DNA of 64,000 nucleotides from Camelus dromedarius (Eukaryota): positions 90,150,001 to 90,214,000 of the forward strand of contig NC_087437.1 of the NCBI RefSeq assembly GCF_036321535.1, given 5' to 3'. The position numbers were made by a program, and so were the translations under genes. Below, one piece after another: positions 37,275 through 49,809 of this stretch (positions are counted from its first letter, which is position 1; each line of letters opens with the position of its first letter). The notes beneath the pieces are model-generated. The model worked only from the letters and a program-made list of their open reading frames with translations, was not told the DNA's origin and ran no database searches.

Positions 37275-38800
37275 TTTAACTTTTTTTTTTTTATGAAATA
37301 ATCTCAAGTATACAGCAAAGTGATAAGACCAATGGAAAGGACTTCCATATGACTTTCATCCAGATTCCCCAATTGTGGACATTTTATACTAGTTGCTTTA
37401 TAATTTTTGCTGTATATATAAATGTATACATATTATTTTCTCTGAAAAAGTTGATATTATCCTGAATACTACAGTACATATTTTCTATGAATAAGGGCAA
37501 TCCTGTAAAAAACCACAGTCCAACAATCAAAATCAGGAAATTGATGTTTACACATGGTCCAATTCATAGAACAAATTAAATTGTATTAATTGTCCAGTGA
37601 TTCTCTTTACAGCAGATAGATCCAAACCAGTCACACTCGGCATTTAGTTGTTATGCCTCCTAGGTTTCCTTCAATCCCAAACAGTTCCTCAATTTTTTCT
37701 TTACTTTCATGACTGGCATTTTTTTTTTTAAATAATTAAAGGCTACTTTGTAGAAAGCCCTTCCATTTTGGGTTTGTTGGTATTCCCATATGATTAGATT
37801 CAGGTTAAGCATTTGGACAGAAATGCCACAGGAGGCAGGCTGTATTTTCGTTGCATGCTATAGGTGGTGCATGCGTTTGATTCTTCCTATTACTGGAGAT
37901 GGTAACTTTGATCACTTTTTAAAGGTGTTGTGCTCCAGAGTTCCCCCCAAAAGGTGCAAAGGTATACTCCTTATCCCTTTGTAATTAATAAATATTTTGA
38001 GAGGAAGAGCCACTGAAATTATATGATTTACCTAGTCTTCATAAAACTTCCACCCACTAATTGTTGCATCTGCTGATGAGTTCTGACTGAATCCTTACCA
38101 TCCTGGTTACCAAGTGGTGTTTTTCTAATTCCATCTGCATTCATTAGCTGGTACTTCCCTATAAGAAAGCTTTCTCTTCTCCCAAAGGGTTCATTCATTT
38201 ATTTAGTTACATCAGTATGGATTCAGGGATTCTTATTTTATTCAAGATGTCTTAATCTATCACATCCATTATTTATTTTGATGCTCAAATTATCCTTTAC
38301 TTGGCAGTGTGGGCTTGTCATTCATTGAGTCCTTCCTTAATTTCTGACACAACATTATGTTCTAGGCACCTTTCGTACTTTTCCTGTTCCAGCTTTAGAA
38401 TAAGTCATTTCCCCGCAAAGAAACCAAGATCTGGGTGTTAGATGTTGCTTTTTGCTACTGGGGTATCTCTGCTCCCAAGCCCTCTCAGGGGAGAAGACAT
38501 ATGCACACCCACACACACATACATACTTATATCTATAGTTCTTTCTTTTTCAATCTATATGAAAAATCGCAATAACTAAGGATAAAGCTCACAAGTCTTG
38601 GGGTTTATTCAGGCTTTCCATATTTGTAATTTATTTCTCCAACTGTGAGAATCCTGGCTCATATTAGCCTCAAATATATTATTTTTGCTGTTTGTAACCA
38701 ATCTCCTAAACTGCCCGAGCTGCCCGGCTGCCTCCTGACTCAGCCTCCTTCCTTGATAAGTGCTGACCACCACTAAGCAGTCACATTGCCTGGCCACCTT
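37275..38800 (-). mobile_element. Old L1MC (L1MC4/5-like) 3' region
   Basis: T-tail then 'ttatgaaataatctcaagtatacagcaaag...ttcatccagattccccaattg', 'caatcaaaatcaggaaattgat', 'actggagatggtaactttgatcac' and 'gaaaccaagatctgggtgttagatgt'. Confidence 0.85.
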
Positions 38801-38874
38801 CCTTGCTTGGTTCCTGTAGTTTCTAGACCTCTTTAGGCTTCTTTTCTTTTCTTTTTAAATTAGCCCTCATTAGA

Positions 38875-38970
38875 AATAAGAAGGGAAAGAAGAAAGGAGA
38901 GGAAAAAGAAGGAAGAAGAAAGGATAAAAAAAGGAGGAAAGGGAAGGAAGGGATACTGGAGAAGAAAAAT
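38875..38970. repeat. Purine-rich (GA) low-complexity tract
   Basis: Read directly. Confidence 0.8.
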
Positions 38971-39199
38971 TGCTTATTTAAAATAGCAAGTTTACCAATA
39001 AGCCTCAAAACATCCCTGCATCTTCTAGCATAAGACTGCGCTGAGTAGAGACTTCCACTGCCTTCTGATCTCAGGGTAAACCTGAGGTTATTTGCTATTT
39101 CCCCAATGTCCTACGTGTCTTTCTAATCCTGCCTTTTGTTTAAGCCATCCTCACGACTTTTTGTCTTGTTTGTATCATCATTCCTTTCACATTCATTTT

Positions 39200-39405
39200 C
39201 TCCCAAAACACTTTACAATTTCCTTGAGCAGTCTTGTATCCCTTAAAGGTCTTTTATTTTATTTTCTTGTATGTTATAGTTATGTCTGTTTCGTTCCTTC
39301 GCTGAAGTTACAAAATCATTAAAGTAAAAATACTTTTTTTTCTGGATCATTAGTATCCTCCATAGCATTTATCACAAGCCTTAGATGGTAAACATTTAGT
39401 GTTTC
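39200..39405 (+). mobile_element. L2 3' fragment
   Basis: 'catcattagtatcctccatagcatttatcacaagccttagatggtaaacatttagt'-like degenerate L2 terminus. Confidence 0.45.
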
Positions 39406-40879
39406 TAGGCTGTGTTTACTCTTTGAAATGATTTGAATGAGTAACTGGTCCTCAGAAAATTATACACTTGAAAGGTTAACATTAGAAAATTACTAAAAAA
39501 TCACTTTTGGAATCAGGCCCTGCTCTATTTTTTAAAAACCAAGCAGTCTTCTTTTTTTGCCAATAACTGAGTATCACATTCAAGAAAACAAGGTGAAATG
39601 GCTTCTGGAAATTGTACAAAAATCATCTAAGAGCCTGAGTTATTTTCAATAACTTTTCTGTCTTTGCAGGAATCAGGTCTTGAAAAATGTGTACAATAAC
39701 TTGCTTAATTAAAGATCACACTGCATATCCAGATAGGTAAACAGATAGACAGATAGGCATGCAGAGGGCTGGGAGGAGCATTAGGGGCATTAAGTCATAC
39801 AGGTCATCTTTACTGATCTGCTATTTGGAAGAAAAAGTTGTTAGATATACTCAAATGAAATTCCCATAAATAATCATAACATTTGATCTTTCCAGTAAAA
39901 CTAAATTATTTGGTGAAATGCCATTAAAAAAATCCACTTCCCAAGCTAAATTCCTCTGTGAGGGTTACCCCAAGATGTACAAGTTTGTCTTGTTCCACGT
40001 ATGTACACAGAATTTCACGAAGCAGAGGTTTGTATATATCTTTTGTTTAGAGGTGAAAACATAATAGTTTGTAACTAATATACTAATGACAGGTATTGAA
40101 TCATTAAAAATTCTAAGTTTCTAAAATCAAATAACCTCCAAATTTATCCATCACTAGATAAACATGAATTAATAAAATTGTTTAAAATGTTACATTTTTG
40201 CAGTCTTAGAAACTTAGATTTGGCTCATCACTATTATCAAAACAAAATAAAATGATTTAAATATGCACCGAATCTTTACCATGCAGTAGACACTGTGCTA
40301 CATACTATATTTTAACATGTATACTAATTTTTATAATCCTGGTGCCAATTTTAAAGTAGAAACCAAAAAGCCTCACTGGGATTTAAGCATTTTAATCTAA
40401 CTTCGGAGCCCTTACTTGTAACTGCTAGAATAATCATCTTTCATTGAGACCAGTCTCCAGAGATATTATCTGACAAATTATCTGAGTACATTTGATATAT
40501 ATGAATTATAATATTCTTACCAGACTTCGTTAGATTGACAAAATGGAAAGAGAGTGTTCCTAACGAGGTAAATTTAAGAACTGGGTCTATCCCTAGCTTC
40601 ACTGTGTCCAGCCAGTAGTCACAGTTCATTGTTTAGTGAGCAAATCAGTCTACATATATAATGTGCAAGTGTAACCAAAGTTAACGAATTTCCTATGAGC
40701 TGACCAATGCAGATATTAAGGAGTGATCATATCTTTTGAAATATATATTTATAATCTACTTTTTACAAATAAACAGAGAAAGTATTTGCATGAGAAACTT
40801 CATGCTCACTCTCACACCTTGGGACTTAATTCCGCTTGGTCTTAATGGCCTAGAAACCTTCCCATTCCCCATTTACTTA

Positions 40880-41228
40880 CAGTAACCAATCTATGTAAGT
40901 CTAATTTATGTCCCATCTTTACTCAAATACTTCCCTGCTCTTTGCATCCTAAAAACAAAAGAAAACAAAACAAAAAAACTCTGCATTTTTGGACTCAGAT
41001 TTTTTTTTTGACTATCCCTGTAATTATTGTAACATTTAATCATACACTACTTTAAGATCATTTGTATTATTTTTCTATTATGTAACTTTTAGTATAATCA
41101 TGCCTTGTCTCTTTAACTAGATTTTTATCATTTTACAGGCAAAAGCTCTGTAAAATAATTCCAGCAAAATGTCTAGCAAAGAGCTAAATACACAGTACAT
41201 TTTCAATAAATATGTAAGGAATTTAATC
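40880..41228 (+). mobile_element. L2 3' fragment
   Basis: 'ccttgtctctttaactagattttt...caggcaaaagc...gtctagcaaagagctaaatacacagtacattttcaataaatatg'. Confidence 0.6.
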
Positions 41229-41704
41229 AAATCAAAAATTGAAAAAGGAAAGAGGTTATGAAGGTGGAACTGATACAAAAACAAGATAATTCATAAATAA
41301 ATCAAGGGCACGGTAAAAAGCTCAAATACAATACAGCTTCTTTTTGAAAGTTTTCTCCCTGATTCAAACACTCTTAGATTCTCTTTTATGAATTGCCTTA
41401 GTAGATGCTATTGAAGCAGTGCAACTGAGTGTTGGTTTATCTTAGTTATATTGTTCATCTTCTACTCTTCTTTTTAGTCCGCAACCTAATATTTTCCTGA
41501 AACAGAACAGGGACTCAGAGAATGCTGATTGGTTAGATGGATGATTTATCTGCTGCACTGTATGGAAGATTTATCAATTGATTGGAGAAGAGTAGGGGAA
41601 AAAGAAATTCTTATATTGTTCTTATTTATAAAAAAAAGGTGCTATAAAAGATTTGGTGCTCAGTGTATAACTTGAAGGAAATAATTCTAGAAGATATGGA
41701 GAGA

Positions 41705-41880
41705 CTCTAGAATAGTGTTAAGCAAGAGATTTCTAGGTCCAGATTATATGAGTTCCTATTCTAGTTCTATGAATTTGGAAATGTTACATAACCTCTCTTT
41801 GGTTTAGTTTTCCTAGCAATAAAACTTGATATATTACTATGTACCTCCAAGTATTCTTGTGAGGATTAAATGAAATATTG
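41705..41880 (+). mobile_element. MIR SINE
   Basis: 'gaatagtgttaagcaagagatttctaggtccaga...gttacataacctctctttggtttagttttcct...tcttgtgaggattaaatgaaata'. Confidence 0.75.
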
Positions 41881-41904
41881 TGGATCATTATGGAGAAGTA
41901 TGCC

Positions 41905-42026
41905 CACACTTGACACAGGTAATTCTGTGTTGTGGGAGGCTCACCCACTCGATGCCTATAGCACTCGCATCCTCAACATTCAATAATGTCTCCTGAGGGC
42001 AAACCACCCTCAGCTGAGAACTACTG
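41905..42026 (-). mobile_element. Internally deleted MER20
   Basis: 'taattctgtgttgtgggaggct...acccactcgatgcctatagcac...aatgtctcctgagggcaaaccaccctcagctgagaactactg' is reverse-complement MER20 with deletions. Confidence 0.75.
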
Positions 42027-43214
42027 GTCTAGATTTTGCAGTGCATTATGAAAAAAGCAGTGCTCATCTATTATGTTTTAATACTAATTTAAGATCTGAA
42101 GGTTGACAAGCCTATAATGTAAAGCTCAATTTGTAGAACGTAGTCCGAAAATAAAGACTGGGATATTTTTGTAAACACTGGGATAGTGAAGACACAGTTG
42201 GAGAATGCTAAAAATATATTCAATTTAATAAGTATTTACTCAGTGGTTGTAGAATTTTAAAGAATGTGAAAGCTGACTACATAAAGTGCCATTTACATAT
42301 AAAGTAATGTATAAGATAAACTATTGCCAAGAAAAAAAGGATATAGGAAGGTAATAGATAAAAACAGATAGTAATTTAGGTGTTTATTTGTTAATACAAG
42401 TGTTATTACCCTAAGTCAGTGGTTATCAACAGCGTATTTTTGTGAACTCTTTTTGTAGTAAGATATGGTCACACTAAACAAAATACTGATGCTGAAGGAA
42501 GAATGGCCAATGGTGGGGCTGAGGAGGACAAATAAGAAGGGACTAGAGCTTGACTGATTAAAGAAAGGGAGAGAAGCAATCCTTTCTAAGAAGTAATTCC
42601 TAATCCCAGCTACAGATGTGCCCTCACATGACATATATATGATTCTCTTCTTGTTGTGTCACAGCTTGGGGTAGAAATCTTCACAATTTCAGATATGCTT
42701 GTGTATGGTAAAAACGCATTCCTACTCCTACCTCACCTTCCACTTTGTAAGATTTGGTTTTAAAAATTGAGATAACTCCTCTTAAAAGAAGAGAATACGG
42801 GTCTAAAGCAGAGCCTGCCCAAATACAATGAACAAGGGTCAAAGACCACATTGAGTAATACCGCATCCCCTACTCTAATCTTACAAGGCCTGCCGAAGAA
42901 TATTCCTTTGTGAGAAACTTGAAAATCATTCTTTACATGCTTTTTGTTTATGTGACTCTTCCTCTGAGTGAGACTTTTTTGTTGTGTCTTGACTGTCTCT
43001 AATCTAATATGTCATTTTTAATAAACAGTTGATTATTAAATAATAAAGGCAATAATCTATATATATTTGAATAAAGAAGTTATAATATTCTATAATTTCA
43101 TATTTAAAAAAGTAAAATTTCCATATCAAAGAGTAAATTTTGCATTTTTGACTATGAACCTAAAAAGTTTTTACAACTTGCAATTCATCTTTCTTTCAGG
43201 TGATCAAATTTCTT

Positions 43215-43315
43215 CTTCGGTAGAAACATATTTGTTAGGGTCTTTGTATTAATATGTATTTCTAATGTCCAGCTCAGTAACTGACATATAATCGTTCTAT
43301 AAATGCTTATTGAAA
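43215..43315 (+). mobile_element. L2 terminus
   Basis: 'tgtatttctaatgtccagctcagtaactgacatataatcgttctataaatgcttattgaa'. Confidence 0.55.
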
Positions 43316-44348
43316 AAAAAAATCCTTATTTAAGCTCCTTTATTCTTCCTGTCTTTGGAAGTCATTATGTTTCAGTTCATTTTTAAGCTTCATACATGCA
43401 AAGGGATATTAATCACTCTGATTTCTTATCTTTCATTGGATTTATATATGCTGCATTTAGCAATTCTTCCAACTTCTTTTTCCTAAGTGTTTTATTTTTT
43501 GCCAAACACGGACAGATATAGTTGAGCCAAGCACATTATCTCAACATTTTTAGAGTTCACAGTCCAGTGTTCTATAAATTAATGTCTCTTTTGATAATAA
43601 GGCATATTTATACTAATCAAGTTTAATAATACTCTTTAATCTATAATTGTATTTCACTTCCTTCTCATTCCTCTCTTTAATCCAATGTCTTGATATAATA
43701 AATACTTGTCTAAAAATTCTAATTAGAACATTTTTAGATTCTTCACCATCAGTTGAAAAATTTTAGTTTAGTTTTTTTATGTTCTATATGTTGCTGATTT
43801 CATTTTTATCACTTTATTTTGTGGCAAGCTTTGAAAGAAGGAAAAGAGAGAGAGAACTGGGGCATAAACATAAAAAAAAAAGAGCTTGAACAATAAATAT
43901 TAATATCATTGTTGAATTGGGGCCTGAGACCTGCAACACAATGACTAAGTCTTTAGTATTACAAAAATGCAAAATCCTAGGTTTTTGCTGATAAATTCCC
44001 CAACCCTGCAAGCCTTTAACTAAAGGTAATTTGAGGGTAGAAGGAACTTGGCAGAATATATGCAAGATGAGATAAAAAGCTTCATCAATGACAGCAAATA
44101 ACACAATAATTAATCTCCAAAGACAGTGGTGATTATTCTTCAGGGATTTCATAAATTCATCACCTCAGAAAATTATTAAATTCTGTGGATGGGCCTTCAA
44201 ATAAAAACAACCATATAAACTGACAATATTTCCCATGGCTTCCAGAGATACTTTTAAGGATGTAAAACCTAAATGTTTTTCCAATCATTTTTATCAATCC
44301 TGAGGTGATCAGAAAAGTTCTACTATCCTGGGTTCAATAAATTAAACC

Positions 44349-44379
<31 letters not shown>

Positions 44380-44397
44380 AAGAAAGAAGAAAGAAAA
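44349..44397 (+). repeat. Poly(A) plus (GAAA)n tract
   Basis: About 29 A followed by gaaagaaagaagaaagaaaa. Confidence 0.9.
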
Positions 44398-45664
44398 GGC
44401 ACTGTGGAATACACATTCAAAATGCAAGTACTAATTAAGAAAAAGATTTTTTTGAATATATACAAATATATGTTTATAGGTACACATATATGTACCTATA
44501 TTTGTCTATCTATGCCTATATGTGCTATGAACACACACACACAAAGGCTGTAGCTTATTGAATTAGCACTTAGTCTAGAAGCTACCACAAGGCAAAAAAA
44601 TGTTCTTTATAATCCCTAAAATTTCTTCCTGTGGAAATTGCAGAGAACATTATGTGGTTGTAAAATTTCCTGTTAAACATCACATAGCAGAGGCTTTAAT
44701 TTTTAGCGGTTTTATTTCTTTATAAAGAGCTGTAGCCAAATGGATTCTACTATTAGAAATTCAATATTTCCTAAGCTATATTCATATCATTATATGCAAT
44801 GCTTTTTAAAAATATATATCATTAAGATGCACTTTTTCAGGTAATTTTTAACCTATTATTCAAATTAATGTACCCATCTCCACTGACTCACTTGGTAGAA
44901 GAAAACTTTCACATGTATTCAGTTATCTTGACTATGCTCTAGAAAAATAATAAAATATATTATATTCCTTTATTAAGAAGCCATAATTATCTTTGTCCTT
45001 AATCATGACATTTATTTACTTATGCATTACAGGTATATCATTGATTATAAAAATAGAATGATTAAAAATGTCAGAAGAGATCTTAGAAATAGAAGAACTC
45101 TTAGAAATAGAAGAATCCAGGATTTCCTTTATAAAAAGAATTATCCTAAACTTCGGGTAAATTTGGCTTGTAGTCAATTCCTTAGAAGCAATTAGCACAG
45201 CCTAATGATACCAAGTCACTGAAGGCATTCTGGAAACTCAATTACTCCACAAAAATTGTCCTAGTGACTTGGGATAATGCCTATAGGTTCATGCTGTGTC
45301 ACCTGAAGAAAATATTTTTTAAAAATAGAATAAGCAGTAAAATGGAGAAAGAAAGAAAAAGGGAACAGAAAGAGGCAAAGGGCACAGAAAAAAAAAAGAT
45401 GAAAATGTTTGCATAAATTTCTACTTCTGAGGAGACCAAGATATCCCAATAATGAGAAATGACTCAAGAAACCAGAGATAGTAAATTAGAAAGATACAGT
45501 CCTTATTTATTTGGTATGCATTATATGCAATTATAGAGGTATATTTTTCTTTCAATATTTTAAAATCTATCCTTTAATAGCTTGTCTTTAGCTAGGTTAT
45601 TAGAGATATTTTTATTATTTAAATATACTAGGCTAATTTGTCTGCAGTATTTATTTTTATTCAA

Positions 45665-45850
45665 ATAGTAATATCTGACATTTGATGAATATTTACTGTA
45701 TGCCAGACATAGAGTACAGAGTGCTTTGCACATAAATATAAAATGGGTTTATTATCTCTGTTTTCCAATCTAGGCTCACAAAAGTGGAGTTGAATATTTT
45801 ACACAGCCTCACTGTGTCATAAAGGTTAGCTATCAGATTTAAACTTTTCA
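45665..45850 (-). mobile_element. MIR SINE
   Basis: 'gtaatatctgacatttgatgaatatttactgtatgccagacatag...gtgctttgcacata...ttattatctctgttttcca'. Confidence 0.65.
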
Positions 45851-46144
45851 GAGTGGTGCAAAGGCATTTTAAATTATCTCAGATACGTAAAATTCTTCTT
45901 GGCCTCATCTACCTTTTTTTACATTCTAAAGACTTGATAAAACTTAAAGATATTATTTAAAACTTAACTGTCTACTATTGCTAACTCTCGTGGTTTAGCA
46001 GATATAGGCATGATAAATAAAACACAAGTGATGTACACTCAATTTTACTTTATCCTACTCAAGAACTGAAATTCAGTGGAATTCTAGAATAATCTAGAGC
46101 CAAAATCTAATGTCTTTCATCATCACTGTCATTGCATTAGTACT

Positions 46145-46415
46145 TGTAGTATAGTCCATGGTAAGAATATCAAGAACCAGAAAAAATACTTGGGAGTTGG
46201 CAAAACTGTAGTTTTGTTCAGATTTTGCCACATCCTAGCTCATAACTGGGAAATTCAATAATCTACTGAAAATGGATGAAATTAACAGTTATTAAGAATG
46301 TGCTCTGTAGCAGAAAAGATTACCTATCTCACAGGGTTTTTACTGAATTAAATAAAATATTGCAAGTATAAATACCTCATTGCAACATTATGTAATGTAA
46401 GTTGTTGTTACAATA
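46145..46415 (+). mobile_element. MIR SINE
   Basis: 'gtagtatagtccatggtaagaat', 'ttcagattttgccacatcctagct' and 'tacctatctcacagggtttttactgaattaaataaaata'. Confidence 0.6.
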
Positions 46416-48479
46416 ATGATGACAATTATTAAATTATTATTATATTATTGGCCTGTCCAGGATTATTGTGCAGATTACTTCATATGAAGGTTGTCCGCAA
46501 CTAATATAACTGTTAAACAAAATTAAACATACTGTTAGAAGAACATCTAGGTATAAGGATGGATTGTATTAAAGAGTTACTAAACTGTTTCCATTAAACA
46601 GACCAAAATCAGCATGTATCTAATAAGTATCTTCTTTGTGTACAGAGCACTAGACTCTGCCAGTGACATGAGACATACAATTCTAATGTAAAAAAGCTTA
46701 TATGTAACCAGCTGATAAGGCTTGCTGTTCCTGCAGGCACACACATCTTCTATGCAAGTCATTCCCCTACTATACTCAATCAATTAATTCAGCCTGATAA
46801 GGAATGCTAATATCACTTTGGAGTAAGCAGGCGTCTGTTAATAGATCTTTCCAGATACTTGGCATATGCAGAGGCGCTGATGGCGGCAGTGATGCTTAAG
46901 GCAGTATTTTGAATGACTGTAACAAAATGCAATATGTTTCTAACACTGTAAATATCTCCCTAAAGTATAATGTCTAGATACTAATACAGAAATGGTTCCA
47001 AGAGATTAAAAATATGTGAGACTATATGAATGTCACAGCATTATTTATAAATAGGGCCTGTAAGACAAAGAACCTATGAAATAAGGAAAAGAGTGAAGAT
47101 GGAGAAAGTAAAAATTCTATTTCAAATAAATGTTCATGTAGCCTGCCATCTGCACACTCTATTACTCAGGATCAAGGCTTATGCTCTGAGTGTTTAGAAT
47201 TTTTTAGAATGCAAAAATACTTAGATCTGGGCCCATTTGCTTCATTTATGCTATGGCTAGACTGTCAAAATGGCAACTAGTATCTAGAAAGAGTTTGAAT
47301 TAGTTTTCTTGTTAAGCAGGTTCACATGAGGGCAGAAATACTATAATGAATAGTTATTTTAAGGTCAGAAAGGGTAACTAGGTTATGTCCTTCATTCTCT
47401 AGGCTTTAAAAAAATCCAATTATAGCAATATATGTAAATATTTATTTCATGTTTTTCCATACCACCAATTAACAATGATGTATATGACTTAGCTCACAAT
47501 GTCATTCCTTGAGACAATTAATATACTTAGAGGAATCTTGGAAATTGTAAACTGTCTTACTATTTAAACTATTAATCAAAATTAAAATTAGATTTAAGCC
47601 ATATCATTTTCACTGTGCCACATATTGGAATTCAGATTAATCATCACATTAAAATATGAATGTTTGCCTGAGTCTGAAGCTAACACATCTCTACAGTTTA
47701 ACATTTTTATTTCTTGGTTTTTAAACCAATTGTTATTGGCCAGTGCCATGTCGGGGGCAAGATGGTAGATGGATGGCCAAAATATTAAGTATGTCTTCAT
47801 TTAAATGGTACAATTCTAGTAATGAAATATACAAGTAAACTGTATATATAGCAACTGTTCCTTGCTATGATTTTGGTATTTTTATCAACTTTAAGAAAAA
47901 TTATATCTTTAAAATGGCAAGATATTATTAAAAACCCTAAGATCTCTATATATAAAGTTTTCATTTTTAATTCTTTGAAGGTAAACTATGAACAATTTCA
48001 TATTTACTTCTTAGTAACATAAAATTCTTCCTTCTTATATTTACTTCTTGAAAAAAAAATCATTGATATTCATTGCTGAATGTAATAATTTCTACTTGAC
48101 TATTCTAATTAAGTAATCCAGGTTTATAGTTGAAAACATAAATCTTATATTTTACAATAAAAACTGAAGAGTATTCTTCAGCTCTGTTGTTAACATATAT
48201 TTAAAAACATTTTTATTAAAAAAAATTGAAGTGAGAAAAACTAGGAGTTGCCATTAAGCTTTCTGAAAATGTGATTTTGATGGTCTAAAATATAAATTAA
48301 CAATCAAATAATTTTTTCATTATTGTTAACTTTATATTACTAATTATAATTTAATCTGTCTAAAACCAATAAAATTATATCATGCTAGAATTAAAGCTGT
48401 TGTTAATATCCACAAGAAAAAACTGCTTTTATTTTAGTTATATTCAGGAAAATGTCAAGAGTTAGAATTAAAAGGTAGG

Positions 48480-49390
48480 ATGAAACAAACTTGGAAAGGT
48501 CACAATGTTCTACTTGAATATGGTGAGGCACTCAAGGAGGGGACTTTAAAGGAGGTGACTGATGATAGTTCAGAAATTAATGTTAATGGCCTGAGGTGAA
48601 TTGATATTGAAAGGTAAGACCTGATAAACTAAACATATGTTTAGAAACTGGGAGCTATAAAAATTGGATACTGGATGGAGTATGGACATACAATTGGTTG
48701 ATGGTGAATGAGAAGGACAAAGATACCCAAGATTTTTATTTTATTGTTTTTGTACATATCAACACCATTCAAAAAGCAAGGAATGCAGAGAAGATAGTCT
48801 GTCTTTTGTGGTTTTACTGTGGTTTGCCTACTCTTTTAATTCATGCTGTCAAGGGAAACAGAAAATAATTCACTTGAACAGACAGACTCTAAAATGCCCA
48901 TACTGCCTCCAAAGACATGTACTAGTCCCAGAAATTAGCAAACCACTCATGAGTCAGATCTTGTCAGAAATTATAGATCATGGAAGTCATATGAAAGGAC
49001 AAACTCCTCAGATAAGAAGGAGCAGATCAGAAAGGCACAATAAAAAGGCAGAAGCTATAAACTTGGTTACACCATCTTTTAATAGTCAGAGAAAAAGATG
49101 ACTTGACAAAGAGAGCATAGTGGTCTGATTAGTGTTGAGGAGGAGGTGGTAGTAAAATCAAAGAGAGTATTTAATGGAGAAAAGTGCCAGATACTAAAGG
49201 GATATAATGTTGGAAGTCACTGATTTTTGGAAATTAGGAGGTAATTGGCGTCTTGTGACAGCTTTAAAAAAAGAATTATGTTGGTGGAGAATGTGAGCCA
49301 AATTGCAGTGACTTGAGATGTGAACTGAAAGTGAATTTGTGAAAATAGGTTGGAAATGGTAAAATCATTGTGGTTAGAGAGGACAACTTA
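48480..49390 (-). mobile_element. Degenerate L2 body
   Basis: Purine-rich L2-like motifs 'cactgatttttggaaattaggaggtaattggcgtcttg' and 'gccaaattgcagtgacttgagatgtgaactgaaagtga'. Confidence 0.5.
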
Positions 49391-49773
49391 GTTTCAAGAA
49401 TATTTTATTTCTTTTGTTTGCAGTATTTTGTTTATTTGCCTCTTTTTTGCTCCATGTCTACAACATAGAAGTAATCCCGCAAGTAATTTTTCCCTTTTTT
49501 CCATTTTGAGCTGGGATACTTTCCTGTTAACTTGAGTCACTTGGTAGTTCTATTTTGATTAATTTCTGAAAATATAATTCACTGAATTACAATGAATAAT
49601 CGGTTTCTGAGATCTCCCTTCATATTACTTTTTCACTCTCAATGTAAAACAACATTAAGGATTGAAAGTGGCCACACCTCCTATCTTGGCTTCTTCATGG
49701 TTTAATTTAACCTCAGTATTTGAAGGGAAGGTAAGTTAATTCTTAAAATTGAAAATAATTAAGATATTAAAAG

Positions 49774-49809
49774 TTTAGTTAGTTAGATAGATAGATAGAT
49801 AGATAGATA
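49774..49809. repeat. (TTAG)n(ATAG)n tetranucleotide repeat
   Basis: ttagttagttagatagatagatagatagatagata read directly. Confidence 0.9.

Noticed and set aside
43814..44152. 112-aa minus-strand ORF resembling a membrane protein
   Set aside because: Hydrophobicity is explained by T-rich sequence, and no family is recognised.
44349..44397. Orphan poly(A) tracts (also 55699-55724 and the T-run at 27062-27080) as retroposition tails
   Set aside because: No adjacent element body or target-site duplication found, so treated as simple repeats.
45080..45117. Short tandem duplications (TCTTAGAAATAGAAGAA x2; also ATGGATAAACA x2 near 18028 and AGATATC x3 near 57201)
   Set aside because: Ordinary slippage duplications with no spacers, not CRISPR-like.
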